Assembly (NCBI RefSeq): GCF_000253055.1
Contig: NC_016070.1
Coordinates: 1,620,001 to 1,652,000 of the forward strand
From: Thermoproteus tenax Kra 1
GTDB taxonomy: Archaea; Thermoproteota; Thermoprotei; Thermoproteales; Thermoproteaceae
Length of the DNA stretch: 32,000 nucleotides
Direction of reading: 5' to 3'
A model generated the notes under the pieces. That model was not told the DNA's origin. It did not search any database and saw only the letters and a program-made list of their open reading frames with translations. Below, piece by piece: positions 16,047-24,385 of this stretch (the stretch's first letter is position 1; each line of letters opens with the position of its first letter). The translations under genes and the position numbers were made by a program.

Positions 16047-19000
16047 CTACTTCGGCGGAGCCAAAATCTGCATCAGGCGCCTTCTCCTCCAGTTGCTGTA
16101 CTCCATGAGTAATATGGCCACAATTATCACAATGACGATTATCAGCACGATCCACAGCACTAGCTCGGGTATTGGCACTCTCACGCCGCCTATCTGGATA
16201 CCGGCTGTGCCAGGCACAGTGACACGCAGCGCGACAGTCTGACCAGCGGCCGGAGTTATGCTGGCAGTGCCTACGTGGCCCTGCTGTGCAGTCACCTTGA
16301 TGGTGTACTGCTGTCCTCCCAGCACCTCCACCTCAACGGGGGCGGTGGAGAAGCTCTTGAACAATGTGCCGTTGGCGTAGTATATGTCTACCTGCGATAC
16401 CAGGCTGTTTATCGGATAGCCGTTGTCGTCTACGGCCGATATCTGCAGAATAGCGGTCGGCACAGTGATAGTCTTAGTGGTCACTTGGCCGGCGGCGGGG
16501 GCGAATGAGCCGGTGGAGTAGGCGCCGAAGGGCGTAGTCGCAACTACGTTATACTGTATGGGCGTGCCGTCGGGGGTCTGCGCAAGCACCGTGGCCTCTA
16601 CAGTGCCGGTTCCTGAGGCCACTATGCCGCTGGGGCCGACTATCTCGATGGGCCAAGCGCCGGTGGTGCCCTTAGCTTGATCAACGACGGAGGCGGATAT
16701 CTTGGCGGTCGGCACCACTATCTGAACAGATGCGATCTGGCCGCGGCTCACAGCGACAGTCTTGCTCCAAGTGTAGCCGTAGGCCTGAGCCGAGACAGTG
16801 TACGTGCCCGCCAACACCTCAGCAGTTACAGAGCCTGTGCCCGCGGCCACATTGGCTATCTGTATGGGCGAGCTGGTCAATGCTGTGCCGAAGGCGTCCA
16901 CCACCGAGGCCGAGATGGCGCCGGAGGGCACAGCGACGGTATAGGTAGTGGGCCCGGCGACGCTCAAAGTGGTGGTGTTGACAACGGTGGCGCCGCTCGG
17001 AGTCTTGACGGTGGTCTCCACTGTTACGTTGTAAGTGCCGGCATACTCGCTCAGAGGCAGATAGGCAGTCACAGTCCCGCTGCCGGTGGCCACAGTCTGG
17101 CCGTTGATCGCTATAGCGATAGGCCAGTCGCTCCTCACTTTGCCGAAGCCGTCCACGGCTTGGACGGTGACAGGCGCCACAAGGCCCAAGGAGGCCAGAT
17201 CGAGCGAGCTGGGCAACGACGTAGTAGTCAACATAGCTGTGAACGGCTTAGCCAACGTAATGGGTACGCCGTTTATAGACACAGAAGTTATCACCATCTC
17301 GAGCGGATAGCTCACGCTGGTGGGTATAGGCTGAGAGGCCACCAAGTAGTTAGTGCCGGATATAGTGGCCGTCTTGAAGGGTATAGTCACGTTGCCGCTT
17401 GGAGTTTCCATCACGAAGTAGCCGGAGACTCCGATGGGCTGCGACAGCGGGATCTGCGTAGCCATCGTTACCTGCGAGACTATGGAGTAACCGCTGCTCG
17501 GGACCGTGGCGCCACGCTGTATTGAGAAGGTGCCGGTGGCCACAGGCACCCATATCTGCGATGATGCGGGGGCGGCGGCGGTGCTGGAGCTGTACGGATA
17601 TAGCACGTCGTAGTCAAAGTTTGTGGACGGCAGCTGCGATAGGAAGCCTGCCGGATAGCTCGACACCAGTGCGTCGTATATAGTTGCCGAGCCTGCGCTC
17701 GAGGTCATGCCGTAGAAGTAGAACATGGCGCCCTTAGTAGCATCGTCGTAGACTCTCACGTACACGTTCGCCAGCGGCTGGCCGTTGGGGCCGTTAACTG
17801 TAATCGTGGCGGGATACACATAGGTCCTTATCTGCGCCGAGGTCGTAGCATTACCCAACTGATATACATCGTTGGCAACGTCCTGTTGGTATATCCAAGT
17901 CACGTAGGCCGGATTGCCGGTCAGCTTGTACAGCAAGTATCCATCGAACCAGCTCACATAGACATCAGGCGTATAGCCATTGAAGCTTATATCGGGCAAG
18001 TCGTACGCCAGCTCTCCGTTATTGGTTGTGTAGATCACAGCGAAGACCTCGTGGGTACGTCTGTCGTACAATACAACAGTCTGGTTGGCCAGAGGCCTGG
18101 CGTTCCAGTCCAACACGAACTTGAGCGGCAGCTCGGGGTAGTAGAAGTAGTAGTTGAAGTAGTAGTCGCTCGAGTTGGTCACAAGCGAGTACCAAGTCAT
18201 CGCCGTGCTTTCGTTCACCAGCTGCTTATCACCGTTATACCTGGTGACATTGAATATGTACCACCAACCGGAGATGTTCTCACTGCCGTGGCTGGCATAT
18301 AACACATTCTCCTGGTATGAGGCAGAGCTCAGCGGCTGTAAGTTGAATATCTTGATCAACAAGCCAAGCTGTTGCGTCGCGTTCTTGGCAAGCTGGTAAG
18401 CCTGGCCCAGCTCCTGCTTAGTTACACTTGACAGCGACCTTGCGGCTTGTATGGGTATGTCGTTCAGGAAGTGCTGAGTCAAGTTGTACACTCCGCCGTA
18501 GTAGGCGGTCACTGAGTAGTTGTAGGGCTGCCTATAGACGTCGAGAGCCCAGATGCCGCTGGCATTGATGGCATAGGATAGGCCGAAACCGTAGTCGGCC
18601 AGAGCGACCATAGCGTCAGCATACGGAGGCACGTAGACGTAGCACGACTTGGGCACCGTGATTGTCTGCCCAGTGGCCGACGACACAGTGATAGTCTGTA
18701 GACCACAGGTGGCAGCGACAAGCTGAGTCTGAGTTGTGTAGGTCTTCACATATCCTTCGCCGGACAGCGGTATGGTGTAGCTACCGGAGAGACAGCTCAC
18801 GGTCACGCTGGATACCAATATCGGGAACGAGGCGTTGTTGTAGATGTGTAGCCAGTCGAGGGCGGTTGTGGGCAGCTTGATAGAGGTCTGGCCAAGTGCG
18901 TAGAGCGCCGTCACGTTCCAGACGGGCAGGCCCGTCGAGTAGGCTATCGCGAAGGAGCTAGTGGCGCCGATCGGGAAGCCCAAGCCGGCGATCTGGCCGC

Positions 19001-22000
19001 TACCGTCATAGAACTCGTCGAGATTAGTGCTCGTCCATATCGGGACAGTGGGCTGGGTTGTTGCATTGGACACAGGCAGGTAGTTGACCACCAGATACTT
19101 GGAGCCGAAGAAGTCGTAGCCCACCACGTTGGCTCCCTTGGCGTCAGTCAACGGGCCGAGCACAGCAGGTCCAGTGGTGCACAGAGCCTCCTTAGAGCCG
19201 GCGGCGATTATCCACACTCTGGCGATGTAGGAGCCAGCGGCGGAGGAGCCGCTCGGGTAGGCGGGCAGGAACGCCAGAGAGCCGGAGGGCACTACATAGG
19301 TGATGGGGGCGCCGAAGCCGCCGTACTTGCTGTAGTTGCCGAAGTTAGTTATGTTCACGACGAAGTACTCGGTTGCACTAGCGCCGTTCGCAACGCCGAT
19401 AGTGACGTTCATGTATTTAGCGGTGAGCTGGACCTCAGTCGTTAGGTTCGCCCAAGGCGTGGAGTAGTACATGGCAGTGGGCCCGCTGGTGTAGGCCACA
19501 CTGACGGTAAACTCGATGAGGTCTCTGCTGTAGCCGGGCGCAACGTTCAGCGCTATATTGCGTATGTTGATCGGGTACTCCAACAAGTTCTGGCTCAAGT
19601 TGCTGTACTTCGACAAGTTGTAAGAGGCGGTGTAGCTGGCGCCAGTGGCTGTGTCCGTCGCAGTAACATTAACAATGGCGCTGGTGCCGCTGCCCCAAGG
19701 CAGATACAGAACTACAGTCCTGTAGTTCAAGAGGTTGGTCGCGTTGGTCGCCTTGTACATGTAGATATAGAATGTGGTCATATACGTCCCGCTCGGGGTC
19801 TGCTGGAACGGAGGCACCGCCGTAGTGTTGCCGTTAGACAACAGCCCTATGAAGGCGTTGCGCTCAAATACATTATAGGTGCGTACCAGCGCATAAGGAT
19901 AGAGTACCTCCACCCATCTGTCGAAGCTGGCCGCGTGCTCATAGCCGGTGCCGTTCACAGTGTAGAGGTAGAGCGTCGACGTCAAGTTTCTCGAGAGGAA
20001 TAAGTTGGGCAGATAGGCGAAGTCCATGCCGCTCTGCACAGGCTCGTAGAGGCCGTAGTAGGCATATCTAGACGTGCCGTTGTACTGCACCTTATCATCG
20101 TACATCGTCGAAGTGCCATAAGAGGTGGTACTTACTAAAGTATAGTTTAGCGGCAGATACTCGAAGCCATAGGGCGCAAGAAGGCTCTTGACTACGTCAA
20201 TGGCCTTGGTCTTACCATAGGTCGCGTTCAATATTGAGCCGTTGTAGCCGGGGGCTCCGGAGTAGTAGCCAAAGGTACTGTTGAACGCAACGCCGAAGTA
20301 TGCGTCGGCCAACGTGAAGCCCACGTAGGAGTTGACCGGCAGCCTCAAGTCCTTGGTGAAGGCCGTTACATTGACAGGTATCACATCAGCGTTGATATCC
20401 ACAGTGGGCTTATTGAGTGTGACGTATCCGTCATATACTAGATAGCCCATGTACCAGACGCGCACGTGTAGGCGCATCCCGGGCAGGAACAAGTGGGCTA
20501 TGTCGTATGTGCCGACGGTGGCCGGAGTCATGTTGCAGACGGAGATCGCATTGGTCTTAGGCTGAGCGGAATACAGCGTGAAGACGGCCGAGTACAGATC
20601 GGTGGAGGAGTTGGCGAGCCAGCTGGCCATTGCGGCGTAGGCCAGCGCATTGGCTACGTCTGATACATTCCCACTGACTGTAGACGGCACACAGTGGGCG
20701 TACTGTTGAGCCAAGGACAGGTATTGGGCCGCTACGTTCTTGAACAGCGACTGCATGCCCGTCATGCCAACGAGTCTGAAGTCTGTCAACACGTAGTAGT
20801 CGAACTGGGTGACGTTCTTCCAGTATGAGGCGTGGATATAGGGACCGTGTTCATCGGCTATTACCAACGTCACATTGGCCAATATCGGATGGGCGGCGCC
20901 GGGATATGGACCGGGGACGACGTACTGGCTGGTCAACAAGTGCTGGCCTGTCTTGTCGAACACTCTAATAACGGGGTTGTACACCTGCGCCTCAAACGTC
21001 TGCGGCCCGGCGCACCACTTAGTCAGCGTTATGACTGTATTGTTTACGACCAAGCCGGCGTCAATGGGCCCTCTGGTGCCCAACGTGTAGACGTAGGTGT
21101 TGGGGCTGAAGCCCAACCATGTGGCGTAGTCGGCGTATGAGTTGCCGTACATTGTCTGGGCGGCTGTGTAGGGCCAGACCATGTCAACGGAGGGTATAAT
21201 GGTGCGCACGACCATTCTGATAGGCACGCCGAGCGGTAGCTCGTCGAAGAAGGCGTAGCCAGAGGCGTTGCTTATGGACTCGCCCATCCTCCACCCAGTT
21301 ACGGTGCTGATCGGCACTACGGTGAAGCCGGCCAACGGGTACTGCGGGCCTAAATAGACCTCTTGTACTTGGCTCGGCGAATCGTTCTCGGTCCAGACGG
21401 CTGCCATCACTTGGAAGGTGGCTGGGGAGATCGGCAGATACACTATAGGCTTGAAGTACGGCGCATTGGATAGATAGATCTGGATGGGCTGCGGAGCAGT
21501 CGGTATCGCCGAGTTGCTAGTAGCGCCGTACAGCTTATAGCCGAAGTAGTTCAGCGTTACGTAGGCGGTTGCCGTCGTAGCTTGAGGAGCGCCCCATATG
21601 TCTACGGCCACCGGAAGGGTCACAGGCACCTCCGCCGATACAGGCAACGAGGGCAGTGTGACGTTCTGCCCGCCGTATATCACCGTCAGACTGATGGTGC
21701 CGTTGACCACGGATGGTACATTATTGCAGAAGTCGCGGAGCAATATATTGAGGGTCTTGAGGTTGATGGCTATGTTAATGGCGTGCTCCAAGTTGTAGAA
21801 GGCAAGCTTCTGAGCTTGGAGGCCGTAGACGCCAGCCGATGCGTTGTAGTATATGGCCTGGACCGTGTAGGCATCATCGTAGACCTCGGGCCCATACTGG
21901 GCCTGTAACGCGTTGGCGACGTTGCTCTGCGTCTCGACCATAGTGCCGTTGGCGTACACATCAGGATAATTGGCGATGACGTTCGCAGTTCCGACAAGTA

Positions 22001-24038
22001 TGTTGTTTGCGTAAATTCTGAACGCATAGCTATACTGGCTGGTTCCAACAGAGAGGCCGTATTGCTGGAACAAGCTGCTTAGGCCTACTGCTTGAGTTAG
22101 GGTGAGGTACTTGAAGCCAGAACCGGTGAATATCGCATTCAATGTCGGGAGAGGCAGATAACCGCTGGCATTAAAGACCGTTAATAAGTCAGCGTAGACT
22201 CCAGGAGTGATGGGGACATACTCATAGGGCGGGAGAGCCCATAGATACAAGGTGTTCAGCTGGTTGGTGCCGGTGGCGCCGCTGGCCCATATGTCGGCGA
22301 CTACGGCGTATTGGCCGGTCTCGCTCAATTGAGCCGTCGTGCCCTGCAACACGAAGGTAAGGCCTTGAGCTAGGGCCGGATTATTGAACGGCTGACCGTT
22401 GGGCAACGTTACGTTATTGCGGAACCACAACGGTATCTGGACCGGCAGCAACGATACCGTGATGTTGGCTCTGGCAGATACCGGAGATGTAGCATTGAGC
22501 GGCGCCTGCATTACAACCGCATCGATGTAGCCGCTGGTGGGCTGCGGCTGTTGCGTTGTCCATTGGACAGCTTGATATGAGTACTCCACCACAAGTCTCG
22601 GCGATAGGTTGACCGAGGAGATGGTCGCGCTGGTGCCAGTCAGCTGTAGAACTCCGCTTATCCATGCGAGCGTGACGGGCTTATATATGCTGAATACGGC
22701 ATTGACAAGCTTGGAGTGCGTCAGCGTATTGAAACAGTTGACCAGGTCGCTGAAACTGGAGATAGTGCCGCCGCACAGCGTGTGGAGGAAACCGAACCTC
22801 AGGTCAGTTATGTCCGTCTTCCAACCGCCTTGCTGCTGTGAGATGGTCAACGGATATCCTCCTATGTTCTCCTGGACTTTGAACGTGAGATACTCTGGGC
22901 TGAGCACAGGGTTGCCCTTTATATCGTAAACGCCTGTGATCGTCAGTGTGCTCAGAGGTAAAGGCCATATAACCAACTGTTGGCACGATGCGTTGACGGC
23001 CGGTGCTGTGGATGAGTAAATCCCAGTGGTGTAGTTTAACGTCTGTATGACGTAGTTGGCAGTTGCGTTTATACCGTTAGTGCTCTGTATCAAAGGCTGA
23101 GAGACATACCCTCCTGTCTGCGGGTTGTAGAGCCATAGAGTAACTGTGAAGCTGTATTGTACGCTTGACGGAGACAACATGCTTGAGACGGTCTGGCTGT
23201 ATGTTCCCAACGAGGGGACGTATGTGCCGAGGTAAGTTATAGGCCCGAACACCGTAATGCTTGAAGTAGACAGCGAGGACGACGGCTTGTAGAGCCATGT
23301 GTATACGGTCATGCCGTTTATCGTTAGAGTCTCCGTCAGCGTTAGGTTGTACGACTGGCCGGCGGTGCCCACGCCGAGGAAGAACTGGTGGAGCACTGAG
23401 CTTGTGAAGTTGGCGTAGTTCGCTGCGCCGTTCAGCTGTGTAATAGTGCCCCAAGTGCTGTTAACCACACTGGCCTGGACATTGCCTCTTGTTGGAAACG
23501 GCGTTCCGGACGCGTTGCCGTGGTAGAAGTAATAATAGTTGAGCACAGTCCCGTTGGGGAGTATTGTGTAGTAGTGGCCCGTCAGATTGCCTATTAGGTC
23601 CGCCAGAGTGCCCTTAAGGGACGCCTCATAGAGCAGGAAGTAGTTGTTGTGCCATACGACGAGGAGCGCGGCGTCCCACGTGGCGTTGGTATTGGCGGTC
23701 TGCGGAGAGGCTTGGATCTGGAACGAGACAAAGCCGGTGGCGTTGGCTGTGCTGTTGACCATGAATTGGTTCTGGCCGTAGGGCGATGTGCCGTTCAAGT
23801 TCCTGATCACCAGAGTGAACGTCCTACCGGCGGCCCACTGCCACGATGGCTGTGTTACAGCCCAGGGATGGGTACACTGGGGGCACTCGGTGTTTATCTG
23901 CCAGGTTATATTGTAAGTTATGGGGGCCGTGGGTATGGAGGCGGCGCCCCCCGCCTGGGACCCGGCGTGGGCCATTGTTGCTATTAGTATCAACCCTATC
24001 GCCATTAGTAGGAGTACTCTTGTCTTGGGGTTATGCAT
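16047..24038 (-). CDS. Giant (2663 aa) secreted, heavily sequon-bearing surface protein with a C-terminal transmembrane anchor (S-layer/sheath or giant adhesin candidate)
   Basis: Uninterrupted 7.99-kb ORF. The N-terminus MHNPKTRVLLLMAIGLILIATMAHAGS is signal-like. The C-terminus LVLWIVLIIVIVIIVAILLMEY + SNWRRRR is a TM anchor with a positive tail. The composition is dominated by N/T/S/Y/V/A/G with few charged residues. I count at least 11 N-x-S/T sequons in the first 240 residues, and they continue throughout. Four tandem beta-sandwich-like units of about 80 aa precede the anchor. Confidence 0.85.
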   Translation of the reverse strand: MHNPKTRVLLLMAIGLILIATMAHAGSQAGGAASIPTAPITYNITWQINTECPQCTHPWAVTQPSWQWAAGRTFTLVIRNLNGTSPYGQNQFMVNSTANATGFVSFQIQASPQTANTNATWDAALLVVWHNNYFLLYEASLKGTLADLIGNLTGHYYTILPNGTVLNYYYFYHGNASGTPFPTRGNVQASVVNSTWGTITQLNGAANYANFTSSVLHQFFLGVGTAGQSYNLTLTETLTINGMTVYTWLYKPSSSLSTSSITVFGPITYLGTYVPSLGTYSQTVSSMLSPSSVQYSFTVTLWLYNPQTGGYVSQPLIQSTNGINATANYVIQTLNYTTGIYSSTAPAVNASCQQLVIWPLPLSTLTITGVYDIKGNPVLSPEYLTFKVQENIGGYPLTISQQQGGWKTDITDLRFGFLHTLCGGTISSFSDLVNCFNTLTHSKLVNAVFSIYKPVTLAWISGVLQLTGTSATISSVNLSPRLVVEYSYQAVQWTTQQPQPTSGYIDAVVMQAPLNATSPVSARANITVSLLPVQIPLWFRNNVTLPNGQPFNNPALAQGLTFVLQGTTAQLSETGQYAVVADIWASGATGTNQLNTLYLWALPPYEYVPITPGVYADLLTVFNASGYLPLPTLNAIFTGSGFKYLTLTQAVGLSSLFQQYGLSVGTSQYSYAFRIYANNILVGTANVIANYPDVYANGTMVETQSNVANALQAQYGPEVYDDAYTVQAIYYNASAGVYGLQAQKLAFYNLEHAINIAINLKTLNILLRDFCNNVPSVVNGTISLTVIYGGQNVTLPSLPVSAEVPVTLPVAVDIWGAPQATTATAYVTLNYFGYKLYGATSNSAIPTAPQPIQIYLSNAPYFKPIVYLPISPATFQVMAAVWTENDSPSQVQEVYLGPQYPLAGFTVVPISTVTGWRMGESISNASGYAFFDELPLGVPIRMVVRTIIPSVDMVWPYTAAQTMYGNSYADYATWLGFSPNTYVYTLGTRGPIDAGLVVNNTVITLTKWCAGPQTFEAQVYNPVIRVFDKTGQHLLTSQYVVPGPYPGAAHPILANVTLVIADEHGPYIHASYWKNVTQFDYYVLTDFRLVGMTGMQSLFKNVAAQYLSLAQQYAHCVPSTVSGNVSDVANALAYAAMASWLANSSTDLYSAVFTLYSAQPKTNAISVCNMTPATVGTYDIAHLFLPGMRLHVRVWYMGYLVYDGYVTLNKPTVDINADVIPVNVTAFTKDLRLPVNSYVGFTLADAYFGVAFNSTFGYYSGAPGYNGSILNATYGKTKAIDVVKSLLAPYGFEYLPLNYTLVSTTSYGTSTMYDDKVQYNGTSRYAYYGLYEPVQSGMDFAYLPNLFLSRNLTSTLYLYTVNGTGYEHAASFDRWVEVLYPYALVRTYNVFERNAFIGLLSNGNTTAVPPFQQTPSGTYMTTFYIYMYKATNATNLLNYRTVVLYLPWGSGTSAIVNVTATDTATGASYTASYNLSKYSNLSQNLLEYPINIRNIALNVAPGYSRDLIEFTVSVAYTSGPTAMYYSTPWANLTTEVQLTAKYMNVTIGVANGASATEYFVVNITNFGNYSKYGGFGAPITYVVPSGSLAFLPAYPSGSSAAGSYIARVWIIAAGSKEALCTTGPAVLGPLTDAKGANVVGYDFFGSKYLVVNYLPVSNATTQPTVPIWTSTNLDEFYDGSGQIAGLGFPIGATSSFAIAYSTGLPVWNVTALYALGQTSIKLPTTALDWLHIYNNASFPILVSSVTVSCLSGSYTIPLSGEGYVKTYTTQTQLVAATCGLQTITVSSATGQTITVPKSCYVYVPPYADAMVALADYGFGLSYAINASGIWALDVYRQPYNYSVTAYYGGVYNLTQHFLNDIPIQAARSLSSVTKQELGQAYQLAKNATQQLGLLIKIFNLQPLSSASYQENVLYASHGSENISGWWYIFNVTRYNGDKQLVNESTAMTWYSLVTNSSDYYFNYYFYYPELPLKFVLDWNARPLANQTVVLYDRRTHEVFAVIYTTNNGELAYDLPDISFNGYTPDVYVSWFDGYLLYKLTGNPAYVTWIYQQDVANDVYQLGNATTSAQIRTYVYPATITVNGPNGQPLANVYVRVYDDATKGAMFYFYGMTSSAGSATIYDALVSSYPAGFLSQLPSTNFDYDVLYPYSSSTAAAPASSQIWVPVATGTFSIQRGATVPSSGYSIVSQVTMATQIPLSQPIGVSGYFVMETPSGNVTIPFKTATISGTNYLVASQPIPTSVSYPLEMVITSVSINGVPITLAKPFTAMLTTTSLPSSLDLASLGLVAPVTVQAVDGFGKVRSDWPIAIAINGQTVATGSGTVTAYLPLSEYAGTYNVTVETTVKTPSGATVVNTTTLSVAGPTTYTVAVPSGAISASVVDAFGTALTSSPIQIANVAAGTGSVTAEVLAGTYTVSAQAYGYTWSKTVAVSRGQIASVQIVVPTAKISASVVDQAKGTTGAWPIEIVGPSGIVASGTGTVEATVLAQTPDGTPIQYNVVATTPFGAYSTGSFAPAAGQVTTKTITVPTAILQISAVDDNGYPINSLVSQVDIYYANGTLFKSFSTAPVEVEVLGGQQYTIKVTAQQGHVGTASITPAAGQTVALRVTVPGTAGIQIGGVRVPIPELVLWIVLIIVIVIIVAILLMEYSNWRRRRLMQILAPPK

Positions 24039-24056
24039 AACCGTTAGACCATGGGG

Positions 24057-24066
24057 TTATTTAAAC
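24057..24066 (-). promoter_or_regulatory. TATA box (GTTTAAATAA on the minus strand) for the giant surface-protein gene
   Basis: 18 nt lie between the box and the ATG at 24038, which fits a leaderless or near-leaderless transcript. Confidence 0.5.
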
Positions 24067-24085
24067 TTTTCTCAAACTAAATTAT

Positions 24086-24360
24086 GATACCTCCGTATAG
24101 CCCTCGCCCGCGCTGGCGTCTGCCCCCGCCGTGGTCCCCCGGCTAGGCGGTGGAGCGCTTGGGCCGCGCCGTTGTCTCAAGACCTGGCGCCCGAGGTGCC
24201 ATGGCAGCCCATAGCTACGCGAGGACCTCTGGCGCAACGGCCCAGGGGCGGCTGACGGCGGATATATTTCTACTGATCTCCAGCTATCGTGGAGAGGAGG
24301 CCCAAACTGGGTGCGATAACTAGGAGGGCGGCGGCCCGCCGGGCGGGCCAAAGTGGGGAA
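24086..24360. ncRNA. GC-rich intergenic element with long-range complementarity: candidate structured RNA of unknown class (strand undetermined)
   Basis: The element lies between two protein genes and is markedly more GC-rich than the AT-rich promoter DNA flanking it. The only ORF in it (89 aa) has non-protein-like R/P/G/S composition. Pairings: 24126-24132 with 24255-24261, 24136-24140 with 24245-24248, and 24160-24170 with 24231-24244 (3-nt bulge). Local hairpins lie at 24278-24294 and 24333-24349. Confidence 0.35.
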
Positions 24361-24385
24361 CTTCGCTTCAGCTATAACCCGATCG

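Noticed and set aside
16275-23987. Numerous plus-strand ORFs (for example 16677..17525 and 17886..18302) and out-of-frame minus-strand ORFs (for example 23077..23454) inside the giant gene.
   Set aside because: They are shadow ORFs of an 8-kb coding region, and their products are R/G/H-rich and not protein-like.
24082-24351. An 89-aa minus-strand ORF in the intergenic region between the two surface-protein genes.
   Set aside because: The translation is R/P/G/S-rich with no hydrophobic core pattern and coincides with a GC-rich, self-complementary segment. I treat it as non-coding.
24086-24360. Assigning the GC-rich element to SRP RNA or RNase P RNA.
   Set aside because: I looked on both strands for the helix-8 pattern (AGG..GGAA..AGCA) and for the RNase P CR-I/CR-V motifs (GGAAAGUCC, ACAGAA..GGCUUA). 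I found only loose resemblances (CCAGGUCUUGAGACAACGG, GGCUAUAC), so the class is left open.
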